This document shows positions 7,985 through 17,077 of a stretch of DNA of 25,377 nucleotides, piece by piece. The first letter of the stretch is position 1, and each line of letters opens with the position of its first letter. A program made the translations under genes and the position numbers. Source of the stretch: a virus (taxonomy: Duplodnaviria > Caudoviricetes); IMG/VR virus record IMGVR_UViG_3300032373_001183, positions 1 to 25,377 of that record. The stretch is one strand, 5' to 3'. The notes beneath the pieces were generated by a model, which worked only from the letters and a program-made list of their open reading frames with translations, was not told the origin of the DNA and made no database searches.

Positions 7985-9881
7985 TCTAAACCGCGAGTCC
8001 ATTGTTGATGAAAATAGCCGCCTCGTGCGGCTTTCTTTTTCTTCAGAAGAACCCGTGACGCGTCAATCCTTCTTTAGTGACCCATGGATTGAGGTGCTGG
8101 GGCATGCGCGTAGCGAAGTAGATATGGAGCGCCTGAATAATAGCGCACCACTGCTTTACAACCATGACCGCTCTGAGCGTGAGAACCGTATTGGCGTGGT
8201 GGAGCGTGCATGGCTTGAAAATGGCCGTGGTTATGCCGAGGTTCGCCTTTCCAAACGCGCTGAGGTGGAAGGCATTTGGCAGGATGTGCGCGATGGCATC
8301 CTCCGTAATGTGTCCGTCGCCTACCGCATTAACGAGCGCAAGCTGCAAGAAGAAAACGAAAACACACCAGACCTCTACCGCGTGACCAGCTGGACACCGA
8401 TGGAGATATCGCTGGTCGATATTCCCGCTGACGCATCCGTTGGCATTGGCAGGAGTGCCGAGGAAATGAGCCGCGATGGTTCTACCTCAAATTACCAACC
8501 CCAACCAAACCAAAAGGAGAAAACTATGCCTGAGAAAGTCGTAGAAAAAGAAACGCAGGAGCGTGCCGCAGTGCCAGCTCCTGCAACACCGCCTGTCGAT
8601 AAGGAAATTTTGCGACAGGAAATGTTAACCGCTGAAAAGCAGCGTCGCACGGAGATTCGTAAGCTATTTACTGGCTATGATGATCATTCCACCGTGCGTG
8701 ATACGTGCCTTGATGATCCTGCCGTGGATATCAACGAGGCACGCAAGCAACTGCTCGATGCGATTGGTAAGCAGGAAGCACCCGCTACAAATGGTCAGCG
8801 CATTGAGATGGGCGATAGCGATGTCGAGAAATTCTCTCGCGCTGCATCTGATGCTATTGCCTTCCGCGCTGGCATTGCTCCCAAAGATGCCAAGCCAACT
8901 GATTTATGCGGCTACACTCTGCTGGAGATGGCGCGTAAATCACTGGAGCTGCGCGGCATTCGCACCGAGCGTATGGATAAACGTGAGCTGGTCGGGCGTG
9001 CCTTTACGCATTCTACCAGTGACTTTCCGAAGATTCTGGAAAACAACTCACGCAAAGCCATGCTGCGCGGCTATGAAGAGGCCGAAGAAGTGTTCCAGCG
9101 CTTCACTCGCACCGGCAATCTTTCGGATTTCAAAACGCACAGCCGCGTGGGTATGGGCGTGTTTGATACGCTGGAGGAAGTCAAAGAAGGCGGTGAATAC
9201 AAGCATGGCACGGTGGGTGAGCGTGCGGAATCCATCAAGCTCGCCACTTATGGGAAGCTGTTTTCTATCACCCGTCAGGCAATCATCAATGATGATCTGA
9301 TGGCGTTTACCGATATCCCACGAAAAATGGGTCGTGCTGCGGCTCGCACGGTGGGCGATCTGGTATTCAACGTGATTACCAGCAATCCAACCATGAGCGA
9401 TGGTACTGCGCTATTCCATGCGGATCACAACAATCTGGCAGCGAGCGGCTCCGCGATTAGCGCTGCCAGCGTGGGTGCTGGGCGAACTGCCATGCGTACA
9501 CAAAAAGATGGAGCAGCGACACTTAATATCTCGCCGTCCTTCTTCCTTGTGCCTGCAGCACTGGAGGATACGGCGCGGGTGTTGATGGTCTCGGAAACTG
9601 ATCCATCCAAAACCAACAGCCGCGTGCCGAACCCAGTTCGCAGTGCCGCTGAGGTCATTGTGGATGCGCGGCTCGATGCTGCGTCTACGACAGCGTGGTA
9701 TTTGTTCTCTGATCCAAACCGCTTCGACACGATTGAGGTGGGCTATTTGGATGGAGTGGCTGCGCCATTTCTCGATCAGCAGGATGGCTGGAACATTGAT
9801 GGGGTGGAATACAAAGTCCGCATCGATGCCGCCGCCGCGCCTCTGGAGTTCCGCACGCTCTATAAAAACGCAGGCGCGTAG
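7923..9881 (+). CDS. Prohead protease (HK97/U35 type) fused to major capsid protein
   Basis: Protease motifs 'LLYNHD', 'RNVSVAY' and 'EISLVDIPAD'; capsid motifs 'HSTSDFP' and 'TYGKLFSITRQAIINDD'. AAGGAG RBS before ATG 7923 and a second in-frame RBS plus ATG at 8526. Confidence 0.93.
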   Translation: MPQKVTKSPATKPEILTRTIDLNRESIVDENSRLVRLSFSSEEPVTRQSFFSDPWIEVLGHARSEVDMERLNNSAPLLYNHDRSERENRIGVVERAWLENGRGYAEVRLSKRAEVEGIWQDVRDGILRNVSVAYRINERKLQEENENTPDLYRVTSWTPMEISLVDIPADASVGIGRSAEEMSRDGSTSNYQPQPNQKEKTMPEKVVEKETQERAAVPAPATPPVDKEILRQEMLTAEKQRRTEIRKLFTGYDDHSTVRDTCLDDPAVDINEARKQLLDAIGKQEAPATNGQRIEMGDSDVEKFSRAASDAIAFRAGIAPKDAKPTDLCGYTLLEMARKSLELRGIRTERMDKRELVGRAFTHSTSDFPKILENNSRKAMLRGYEEAEEVFQRFTRTGNLSDFKTHSRVGMGVFDTLEEVKEGGEYKHGTVGERAESIKLATYGKLFSITRQAIINDDLMAFTDIPRKMGRAAARTVGDLVFNVITSNPTMSDGTALFHADHNNLAASGSAISAASVGAGRTAMRTQKDGAATLNISPSFFLVPAALEDTARVLMVSETDPSKTNSRVPNPVRSAAEVIVDARLDAASTTAWYLFSDPNRFDTIEVGYLDGVAAPFLDQQDGWNIDGVEYKVRIDAAAAPLEFRTLYKNAGA

Positions 9882-9921
9882 CACTAGTGCTTAATCTTAA
9901 CCAAACCAAAGGAGAAAACTT

Positions 9922-10254
9922 ATGGCTACTAACTATGTTCAGGAGGGAAAAGCCCTCGATTACACCCCATCGGGCGCAGATGTTGCGTCGGGTGATTTTG
10001 TGCTTATTGGTACGATTGGCGGGGTGGCAAAGACCGCGATTGCGGATGGTAAAACAGGCGCAGTGCATATTTGCGGTGTGTTTAGCGTGGCAAAAGCCAG
10101 CGGTGCAGTCACTCAGGGCGCGAGGCTCTATTGGAACAGCACTAATAGCAATCTGACCACCACCGCATCGGGTAACACCATTGTGGGTGTGGCGGCTGAG
10201 GCTGCAGCAAGCGGTGATGCCACGGTGAAATTGCTGCTTAATGTGGGCCTATAA
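9922..10254 (+). CDS. DUF2190-family capsid decoration/cement protein
   Basis: 'MATNYVQEG', 'GVF', 'GARLYW'. Directly follows the capsid gene and has a strong RBS. Confidence 0.88.
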   Translation: MATNYVQEGKALDYTPSGADVASGDFVLIGTIGGVAKTAIADGKTGAVHICGVFSVAKASGAVTQGARLYWNSTNSNLTTTASGNTIVGVAAEAAASGDATVKLLLNVGL

Positions 10255-10565
10255 TGCCATTTATCGACGACATGCATGGCCATCATCTATCTCTGCTTCA
10301 AACACTTGATGGGCGTGAGGTGACCTATTCCCCACAAGGTGGGTCGCCTCGCACTGTCGCTGGCATGCTTCAGGAATATACAGAGCTAACGGGTGGTGAA
10401 ACGGTGGATGTGGTGGTGACCAACCCTGTGCTATCCGTCCGCACCAGCGATATTGCCGAGATTGCCGTGGGCGACGGATTCACCGTTGAAGCTAAAGATT
10501 ATGAAGTGGCAGTGATCAGCCCTGATCATGAAGGCATCACCGAATTAACCTTGGAGAAACTATGA
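10254..10565 (+). CDS. Head-tail joining protein (gpFII-like)
   Basis: 103-aa beta-rich protein ending 'GDGFTVEAKDYEV...PDHEGITELTLE'. Position fits; TAATG coupling with the upstream gene. Confidence 0.72.
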   Translation: MPFIDDMHGHHLSLLQTLDGREVTYSPQGGSPRTVAGMLQEYTELTGGETVDVVVTNPVLSVRTSDIAEIAVGDGFTVEAKDYEVAVISPDHEGITELTLEKL

Positions 10566-11004
10566 CACATGCACGCACGCAAATTAGGCAGGCGGTGGCG
10601 ACTATGCAAAAAACAACACCAGCGCTGGCGCGAATGTCTTTGAGGCACGCGCTTATGCGCTGGATGACCCGAAGCTGCCCGCCTTGCTGGTCTACACGAA
10701 GCAGGAAACGGTGGGGCAAACATCGATGAGCTATCCACGCACCCAGCAGCGGGAGCTTCAGGTGAGCATTGAGGCGTATGTGAAGGCACGTGGCAAGGTG
10801 GATGACGATACCGACACGCTGGCGCTGGAGATTGAGCAGTTAATTGCTGCCGATCCCAGCCTTGGCGGTTTGGTGCGCGATGTGGTGCTCGATACCACTG
10901 AAACACTGATTTTGGACGAAGGAGAAAAGCCCATCGCCGTCGCCGTGCTGAATTATGCCGTTCTTTATACGGTTAAGGAACATGAACCGCAGACTTTGAT
11001 CTGA
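10562..11004 (+). pseudogene. Tail terminator (gpU-like), split by a 1-nt deletion in an A6 run (true mutation or sequencing error)
   Basis: ATG 10562 with GGAG RBS reads MTHARTQIRQAVATM. The family-like continuation NNTSAGANVFEAR...LPALLVYT is in the -1 frame after A6 at 10608-10613. Confidence 0.75.
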
Positions 11005-11035
11005 TTTGCCTCTGAACGACTGCGTTTCATGTGTT

Positions 11036-11069
11036 GGGGTAGCACCGATGGGTGCTGCCCCTTCTTTTT
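11036..11069 (+). terminator. Intrinsic terminator upstream of the tail tube gene
   Basis: 11-bp stem GGGGTAGCACC/GGTGCTGCCCC (one G-U pair), GATG loop, followed by TTCTTTTT. Confidence 0.75.
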
Positions 11070-11099
11070 ATAATCAACCAAAACAAACAGGAGAATATT

Positions 11100-11492
11100 A
11101 TGGCTACTCATGCTGGTAGCGAGGGGAAGGTCTTTGTCGGGTCTGACCAAATCGCTGAAATTAAATCATGGTCGCTGGAGGTCACATCCGACACCACCGA
11201 CGCATCTATCATTGGCACATCATGGCGCAAAAATCAGGCAACCATCAAAGGTTGGTCTGGCAGTTTTGATGGTTTTTGGGATGAAACCGACACCGATGGC
11301 CAAGGCGCACTTGCGGCTGGAGCAACCATCACGCTGAATCTTTACCCCGAAGGTGATGACACAGGCGATACTTTTTGGACAGGCGATGTGATCATTACCT
11401 CCATTTCTTATAACGCGTCCTTTGATGGGATTGTCGAGGCTTCCTTCGGCTTTACCGGCACTGGGCCACTCACCGAATCAACCGTAGCGTAA
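11100..11492 (+). CDS. Major tail tube protein
   Basis: 'MATHAGSEGKV', 'WSGSFDGFWD' and 'ASFGFTGTGPLT'. AGGAG RBS before ATG 11100. Confidence 0.88.
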   Translation: MATHAGSEGKVFVGSDQIAEIKSWSLEVTSDTTDASIIGTSWRKNQATIKGWSGSFDGFWDETDTDGQGALAAGATITLNLYPEGDDTGDTFWTGDVIITSISYNASFDGIVEASFGFTGTGPLTESTVA

Positions 11493-11504
11493 ACAGGAGG
11501 AATT

Positions 11505-11882
11505 ATGAGTGTTATTGATCGTGCTACTGCTCATTATGCGAGCCAGGAGAGACTAATTATTGCTGTTCCCGAATGGGGTGACGGCGATACCGTGCTGGAA
11601 ATCCATGTATTCCCGATGACCATGGCGGAAGTCAATATGATGCAGAAAATTGCCAGCAAAAAAGCCAGCAATATCGAGCAAGCTGCCAACATCATCGTGG
11701 TGAAAGCCAAGGATAAGGACGGCAAACGCCTCTTTACCATCACGGATCGTGACAAGCTGATGCAGCATGCCGATTACCGCGTCGTTTCCCGTATTGCTGA
11801 ACGCATCGAAGAACATTTCTTCGGTGATGTGGAGACTATCAAGGGAAACTCCGACGCGACCCTTTCCGGCGAAACCAACTAG
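11505..11882 (+). CDS. Tail assembly chaperone (gpG-like)
   Basis: Lies between tube and tape measure; 'DKDGKRLF'; slippery G-GGA-AAC near the 3' end. Confidence 0.85.
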   Translation: MSVIDRATAHYASQERLIIAVPEWGDGDTVLEIHVFPMTMAEVNMMQKIASKKASNIEQAANIIVVKAKDKDGKRLFTITDRDKLMQHADYRVVSRIAERIEEHFFGDVETIKGNSDATLSGETN

Positions 11883-12013
11883 CGCTGGCATGGCGTTTAT
11901 CACGGCCACTGGCTGAGATTGAGGCCATGTCGCCGAAGCAATTCATGGAATGGGTCGCCTTTTTTGAACTACAAACCGAACAATTGAGTAAGAACCATGG
12001 GAAGATTCGCTGA
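11843..12013 (+). CDS. gpT-like extension of the chaperone, made by a programmed -1 frameshift (gpGT about 169 aa)
   Basis: In-frame heptamer G GGA AAC at 11843-11849. The -1 frame reads LRRDPFRRNQLALAWRLSRPLAEIEAMSPKQFMEWVAFFEL... to TGA 12013. Confidence 0.85.
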   Translation, partial: GKLRRDPFRRNQLALAWRLSRPLAEIEAMSPKQFMEWVAFFELQTEQLSKNHGKIR

Positions 12014-13889
12014 GGCAAAATTCACCATTCGAGCGGTCAACAAAACGCAGCAGGCGTTTTCGCAGATCAATAAGAATGTGGGGAATATGGATCGCCGTTT
12101 CTCCAAGCTCGGCAGTAGTCTTAACCGTATCGGTGGATTGATGGCGACTGCCTTCGTTGGGCGGCAGATTGTCGATACCATCACCAAGTTTGAGAAACTG
12201 GAGGCATCGCTTCGCACCATCACCGGCTCTGCCGATAAAGCATCGGTGGCATTTGGTTTTATTCAGGATTTTGCCGCCACCACACCCTTCCAGTTAGAGG
12301 AAGTAACGGACGCATTTATTAAGCTGAAGGCGCTGGGGCTAACACCCTCTGCAGAGGCACTGACCTCCTACGGAAATACTGCCACGGCGATGGGTAAAAG
12401 TCTCAATCAGATGATTGAAGCGGTAGCGGATGCTGCCACAGGTGAGTTTGAGCGCTTGAAGGAATTTGGGATTAAAGCCAAATCTCAGGGCGATCAGGTG
12501 ACCTTCACTTTCCAAGGTGTCAGCACCACGGTGGGTAAAAATGCCAAGGAGATCGAGGCGTTCCTGAAGGGCATCGGTGATGTGCAGTTTGCCGGAGCAA
12601 TGGAAGAACAAGCCGATACGCTGAATGTGGCGCTGTCCAATATGGGTGATGGTTTTTCCAAACTGGTCAAAGCCATTGGTGATGCTGGCCTAACCGCAAT
12701 ATTAACAGGGATTGCTAATGCGATCAAATGGCTGGCGGAGAAAATAACCGCTGCCATTCCTTTGTTCAAATTGGGCTTTAAGGCAATCATTGCTGAGGTG
12801 ATCAAATTTGGAAATCTGTTCATTGCCGTATTTAAGGGCGTGGGCAGAGCCTTTGCGTCGTTTGGCGAAACCATATCGGCACGGTTTGAAGCGCTGGGCA
12901 AAGACCTTGCCGCATTCATTGAAGACCCGCTGGGCGGCGTATCGTTTGAAAATACTCGCGCAGCGCTGGAGACCGGACTGCTCGATGCGATGGGAACGGC
13001 ATTTGACCAGGCACTGACTGAAGCCAGAGAATTTAACGCGGCGATTGATGCGGAGATTCAGAGTGCTGCGATGAAAGTAGTAGAAGCGCGGCAGAAGAAA
13101 AATGCCTCACTTGCTAGCCTGTTTGAAGAAACAAAAACGCCAGAGAAAACCGAGGAAACCAGTAAGGCGACGGAGAAATTCACCAAGCTACAGCGCGAGG
13201 CACAGCGGATCATTGAATCCACCCGCACGCCACTGGAACGCTACAATAAAGAAATGGAGATGCTCAATAAGCTGCTCAAAGCTGGCCATATCAATCAGGA
13301 AATCTTCGGACGCGCCACCGAGCAAGCGCAGGAGAAACTCAAAAAATCATCCGAGAAAATGGGTGACCTGATTGAGGGTGAATTTGAGGGACTTGGCAAA
13401 ACTATGGAAGGCTCGATGGCTGACGCGCTGGACGGCATTAGCGGTCGGTTTGATAGCTTCGGTGATTTTGCCAAGGGCTTCCTATCTGATCTGAACCGCC
13501 AGCTGCTGCAATTTGCTTTGAAAGACCTCGGCATTACAGGTGAAGGCGGCATTATTGAAGGCATCTTCGGCTCGCTCGGCGGTCTGTTCAAAGGTGGAGG
13601 CGGTGGTGGTGGCATCGGCAGTTTGTTTTCCAGCGCAGCAAGCCTCTTCGGAGGCTTTTTTGCTGATGGCGGGACACTTAAAGCCGGTCAATTCGGCGTG
13701 GTGGGCGAGCGTGGGCCAGAGCTGGCTTTTGCTGGCAATTCACCCATGCACATCATGCCCCAAGCCATGTCGCCTGTGTCAGTCACGATGAATATCACTA
13801 CGCCCGATGCACCGAGCTTCAGGCAAAGCCAAGGGCAAATCGCCGCTGACATGGCGCGATCAATCGAGCGTGCAAGGAGGAATCTATGA
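11997..13889 (+). CDS. Tail tape measure protein
   Basis: 630-aa Ala-rich helical protein with '[12 protein letters not shown]' and 'VGERGPEL', and a GTA-like C-terminus '[14 protein letters not shown]'. Confidence 0.93.
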   Translation: MGRFAEAKFTIRAVNKTQQAFSQINKNVGNMDRRFSKLGSSLNRIGGLMATAFVGRQIVDTITKFEKLEASLRTITGSADKASVAFGFIQDFAATTPFQLEEVTDAFIKLKALGLTPSAEALTSYGNTATAMGKSLNQMIEAVADAATGEFERLKEFGIKAKSQGDQVTFTFQGVSTTVGKNAKEIEAFLKGIGDVQFAGAMEEQADTLNVALSNMGDGFSKLVKAIGDAGLTAILTGIANAIKWLAEKITAAIPLFKLGFKAIIAEVIKFGNLFIAVFKGVGRAFASFGETISARFEALGKDLAAFIEDPLGGVSFENTRAALETGLLDAMGTAFDQALTEAREFNAAIDAEIQSAAMKVVEARQKKNASLASLFEETKTPEKTEETSKATEKFTKLQREAQRIIESTRTPLERYNKEMEMLNKLLKAGHINQEIFGRATEQAQEKLKKSSEKMGDLIEGEFEGLGKTMEGSMADALDGISGRFDSFGDFAKGFLSDLNRQLLQFALKDLGITGEGGIIEGIFGSLGGLFKGGGGGGGIGSLFSSAASLFGGFFADGGTLKAGQFGVVGERGPELAFAGNSPMHIMPQAMSPVSVTMNITTPDAPSFRQSQGQIAADMARSIERARRNL

Positions 13890-14927
13890 GGCAGGAAACT
13901 TATGTCTTGTTCGATTGGCAAATGCCACCAGCGACAGCATCACCGGCACTTCGACCAGCACGCCAACCACCGTAGCCAGTGCCGCGCCGGAGTGCAGCCC
14001 GAACAGGCTGATGGCAACAGCAACAGCCAGTTCGAAGAAATTGGATGTGCCGATTAATGCTGCCGGTGCCGCAGTGGAAAATGGCACACGCCATAGATAA
14101 GCCCAAGCGTAAGCTATGATAAAGATGCCATAGCTTTGAATCAGCAATGGTACGGCGATCAAGCCGATCACTAGCGGTTTATCGAGTATCGTCTGTGCCT
14201 GAAAACCAAACAGCAGCACTACAGTTGCGAGTAACCCCATGATGGAGAATGGCTTTACCTTTGCCGTAAAAGATACAATACGCGCATGATCACTGGAGCG
14301 ATCTAGTTTCCGGCGTGTGATATATCCCGCTGCCAGAGGAATCAGCACATAGAGGATGGTGGATAGTAACAAGGTTTCCCACGGCACGACAATATTCGTT
14401 ACGCCAAGTAAGAAAGCGGCAATAGGAGCAAAGGCGAAGATCATGATGATGTCGTTAATGGATACTTGCACCAGCGTATAATTTGCATCGCCACGCACCA
14501 TCTGGCTCCAGACGAACACCATAGCCGTACATGGTGCCACGCCCAGCAATATCATTCCGGCGATATATTCCTTGGCGGTTTCGGGAGCGACCAGCCCTGC
14601 GAAGATTTGCTCGAAAAAAAGCACGCCGAGCGCGGCCATGGTAAAGGGCTTTATGAGCCAATTAACCACTAGCGTGATGCATAAGCCTTTGGGCTTGCGG
14701 CCAACATCTTTGAGGCTGGCAAAGTCAACATTGACCATCATTGGGTAGATCATCACCCAGATGAAGATCGCTACCACAAGGTTGACGCTGGCATATTCGA
14801 TATCAGCAATCATCTGAAAAATGGAAGGCGCTGCAATACCAAGGCCGACACCCGCAGCAATGCACAGTGCCACCCATAAGGAAAGATAACGCTCAAATAA
14901 ACCAAGGGGTGAAGCAGAATCGCTCAT
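13884..14927 (-). CDS. acr3: ACR3-family arsenite/antimonite efflux transporter
   Basis: 'FERYLSLWV', 'MIYPMM', '[10 protein letters not shown]', '[11 protein letters not shown]', '[11 protein letters not shown]' and 'VEVPVML'; about 10 hydrophobic segments. Confidence 0.96.
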   Translation of the reverse strand: MSDSASPLGLFERYLSLWVALCIAAGVGLGIAAPSIFQMIADIEYASVNLVVAIFIWVMIYPMMVNVDFASLKDVGRKPKGLCITLVVNWLIKPFTMAALGVLFFEQIFAGLVAPETAKEYIAGMILLGVAPCTAMVFVWSQMVRGDANYTLVQVSINDIIMIFAFAPIAAFLLGVTNIVVPWETLLLSTILYVLIPLAAGYITRRKLDRSSDHARIVSFTAKVKPFSIMGLLATVVLLFGFQAQTILDKPLVIGLIAVPLLIQSYGIFIIAYAWAYLWRVPFSTAAPAALIGTSNFFELAVAVAISLFGLHSGAALATVVGVLVEVPVMLSLVAFANRTRHKFPAS

Positions 14928-14928
14928 T

Positions 14929-14981
14929 TTACAGCCTTTGTTCTGTTTCTACCGGCCAATAGAACAGAATAAACGCTGTAA
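14929..14981. promoter_or_regulatory. Long imperfect inverted repeat directly upstream of the acr3 start
   Basis: TTACAGCCTTTGTTCTGTTTCTA-N8-TAGAACAGAATAAACGCTGTAA. Confidence 0.6.
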
Positions 14982-15015
14982 GTAAATAATATCGTTGAAG
15001 AATATAGGTGTAGCC

Positions 15016-15597
15016 ATGAGTTTTGAAGAAATACAATTCCCGACGGATATCAGCTATGGGGCGACGGGTGGCCCCATATTCATGACGGATGTGGTGGCAA
15101 CCGTATCAGGCCATGAGCAGCGCAATAGCAAGTGGCAGCACTCCCGTGCCAAATATAATGTGGCTTCGGGTGTTAAAACCGAGTCGCAGTGGCAGGCGCT
15201 GATTTCATTCTTCCGTGCGCGTCGTGGTATGGCGGTGGGGTTTCGTTTCAAGGATTGGAGCGATTATAAGGCCGTTAGCCAGCCACTCAAATCTCTGGGT
15301 GGCAATGACTATCAGCTGGTGAAGCAATATGTCAGCGGCTCTGCGGTGTATGAGCGCGAGATTACCAAGCCCGTGGCTGGCAGCGTGAAGCTCTATGCCA
15401 ATAGTATTTTGCAGGCCAGCGGCTGGAGCATCGATACTGCCACCGGCATTATCACTACCAGTATCTCTGGCACGCTCACGGTTGATTATGAATTTGATGT
15501 GCCGGTGCGCTTTGACACAGACGAAATGGCAATCTCCGTCGATAGCTTCGATGCAGGTAATTGGAGCAGCATTCCGCTGATTGAGGTGCGCGTATGA
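15016..15597 (+). CDS. DUF2460 distal tail protein (RcGTA-like)
   Basis: 'FPTDISYGATGGP', 'SGHEQRN', 'FFRARRG..GFRFKDWSD' and 'FDVPVRFDTD'. Confidence 0.93.
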   Translation: MSFEEIQFPTDISYGATGGPIFMTDVVATVSGHEQRNSKWQHSRAKYNVASGVKTESQWQALISFFRARRGMAVGFRFKDWSDYKAVSQPLKSLGGNDYQLVKQYVSGSAVYEREITKPVAGSVKLYANSILQASGWSIDTATGIITTSISGTLTVDYEFDVPVRFDTDEMAISVDSFDAGNWSSIPLIEVRV

Positions 15598-16164
15598 TTA
15601 CATATCTGTGCTGATACCAAGTGAGCTAATTAGCTCATAATATCCAAAAAGCACCATCACAAAGAAGGCTACCAATATTAGCTCATGTTTGAAATGATGC
15701 GAATGAAAGAAGTCACGGTCACGGTGATGAATCACATCCATAAGCTCATCACCGAAGCGGATGGATAGAAATGTGCCAGCCCCAGATAACAGCACCACGC
15801 CCCAATAAGGGTACGGTGTAGTAACGATTTGATGCAGGAGCTTGGTAATGATGGTGGTGTCGTAATACTCAGCCGCATAATGCAATGTCAGCACATTAGC
15901 GAGGATGGCAATTACCCAGACCGCGACCTCTGAAACAACCATACGAATGCCAAACAAAAGTCGAAGTGGGAAATCCAACAGGAACCCCGCATCGGCAACA
16001 GGCGTGCAAAGTACAAAGAAACTCCATGTGAGAAGCGCGGCCACGCCGCCTGTCATGAGGTCATATTCATAGCTGAGATACGCAAAGTAGCCGACTAGCA
16101 ACCCGCATAGCAGCAGGAATTTAATCAGCACTTGTTTCTGAGGTTTGATGGCTGTGTTCAACAT
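15598..16164 (-). CDS. Uncharacterised membrane protein with a His-rich loop
   Basis: About 5 hydrophobic segments and 'HHRDRDFFHSHHFKH'. ATG 16164 lies 7 nt below a candidate -10 element, so the transcript may be leaderless. Confidence 0.8.
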   Translation of the reverse strand: MLNTAIKPQKQVLIKFLLLCGLLVGYFAYLSYEYDLMTGGVAALLTWSFFVLCTPVADAGFLLDFPLRLLFGIRMVVSEVAVWVIAILANVLTLHYAAEYYDTTIITKLLHQIVTTPYPYWGVVLLSGAGTFLSIRFGDELMDVIHHRDRDFFHSHHFKHELILVAFFVMVLFGYYELISSLGISTDM

Positions 16165-16171
16165 GGCATCG

Positions 16172-16199
16172 AGTATCGGGCAATTAGATAAAAACACAA
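16172..16199 (-). promoter_or_regulatory. Candidate sigma70 promoter for the membrane protein gene
   Basis: TTGTGT-N16-GATACT-N7-ATG on the minus strand. Confidence 0.4.
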
Positions 16200-16213
16200 G
16201 GATTTACAATATT

Positions 16214-17077
16214 ATGAGAGTCATATCCCCACAATTAGAAGCGCATTTTGCAGGCGGCATGACGACACTTGCGACCTGTTGGCGCATTACGCGGCAAGAT
16301 GCGGTGGAGGTTGGATTTACCGATCATGATCTGCCAATCACCTTTGATAGCCTGCTGTATGACTCCATTGCTGGATTCACGCCCACCACGGTGGAGAGTA
16401 AATCCAATATGAGCGTTGATAATCTGGATGTTGAAGGGCAAATATTCCCGTCCAAGATCACCGAGGAAGATCTGCTGGCGGGTCTCTATGACTATGCAGA
16501 GATTGAGATATTCATCGTTAATTATAACGAACTCAGCCAAGGCAAACTGGTGGTCAAACGTGGTCGGCTGGGAGAAGTGACGCTAGGCAGTCAGATGTTT
16601 CAGGCAGAGGTGCGCGGCCTGACGCAGCATCTTAGCCAAACAATCGGACAGGTATTCTCTCCCTCCTGTCGCGCCATATTGGGTGACAGCAAGTGCAAAG
16701 TCGCATTGGCATCGTTTACGGTCTCAGCGACGGTCACCGAAGTGGCGAACAACCAGACATTCAAAGCCTCCACGCTCTCGCAGGATGCGGGATGGTTCAC
16801 CGGCGGCGAAGTGCTCTGGACATCGGGCAATAATGATGATCGGCGCATGGAAGTGAAGGAGTTTGCCTCCACGCAGGTGGTGCTGGCACTGCCAATGGGT
16901 AAATCGATTCAGGTGGGTGATACGCTCAACATCATCGCTGGCTGCGATAAAACCCGCGAAACCTGCCAAAGCAAGTTTACGAACATTCTCAATTTCCGTG
17001 GTGAACCGGATGTGCCTGGCACAGACAAACTGCTCACCACGGCTGGCACCATGAATAAGGCGAACCAAAATGGCTAA
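16214..17077 (+). CDS. DUF2163 baseplate hub protein (RcGTA-like)
   Basis: 'TLATCWRITRQD', 'GFTDHD', 'CRAILGDSKC', 'AGCDKTRETC..KF.N..NFRGEP'. Confidence 0.93.
   Translation: MRVISPQLEAHFAGGMTTLATCWRITRQDAVEVGFTDHDLPITFDSLLYDSIAGFTPTTVESKSNMSVDNLDVEGQIFPSKITEEDLLAGLYDYAEIEIFIVNYNELSQGKLVVKRGRLGEVTLGSQMFQAEVRGLTQHLSQTIGQVFSPSCRAILGDSKCKVALASFTVSATVTEVANNQTFKASTLSQDAGWFTGGEVLWTSGNNDDRRMEVKEFASTQVVLALPMGKSIQVGDTLNIIAGCDKTRETCQSKFTNILNFRGEPDVPGTDKLLTTAGTMNKANQNG

Noticed and set aside
9880-9891. Perfect 12-bp palindrome AGCACTAGTGCT after the capsid stop
   Set aside because: Single occurrence with no loop or U-tract; no function can be supported.
14929-14981. Integron attC site flanking acr3
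   Set aside because: It lacks RYYYAAC/GTTRRRY ends, lies upstream rather than downstream of the gene, and no similar hairpin was seen at the other inserts.
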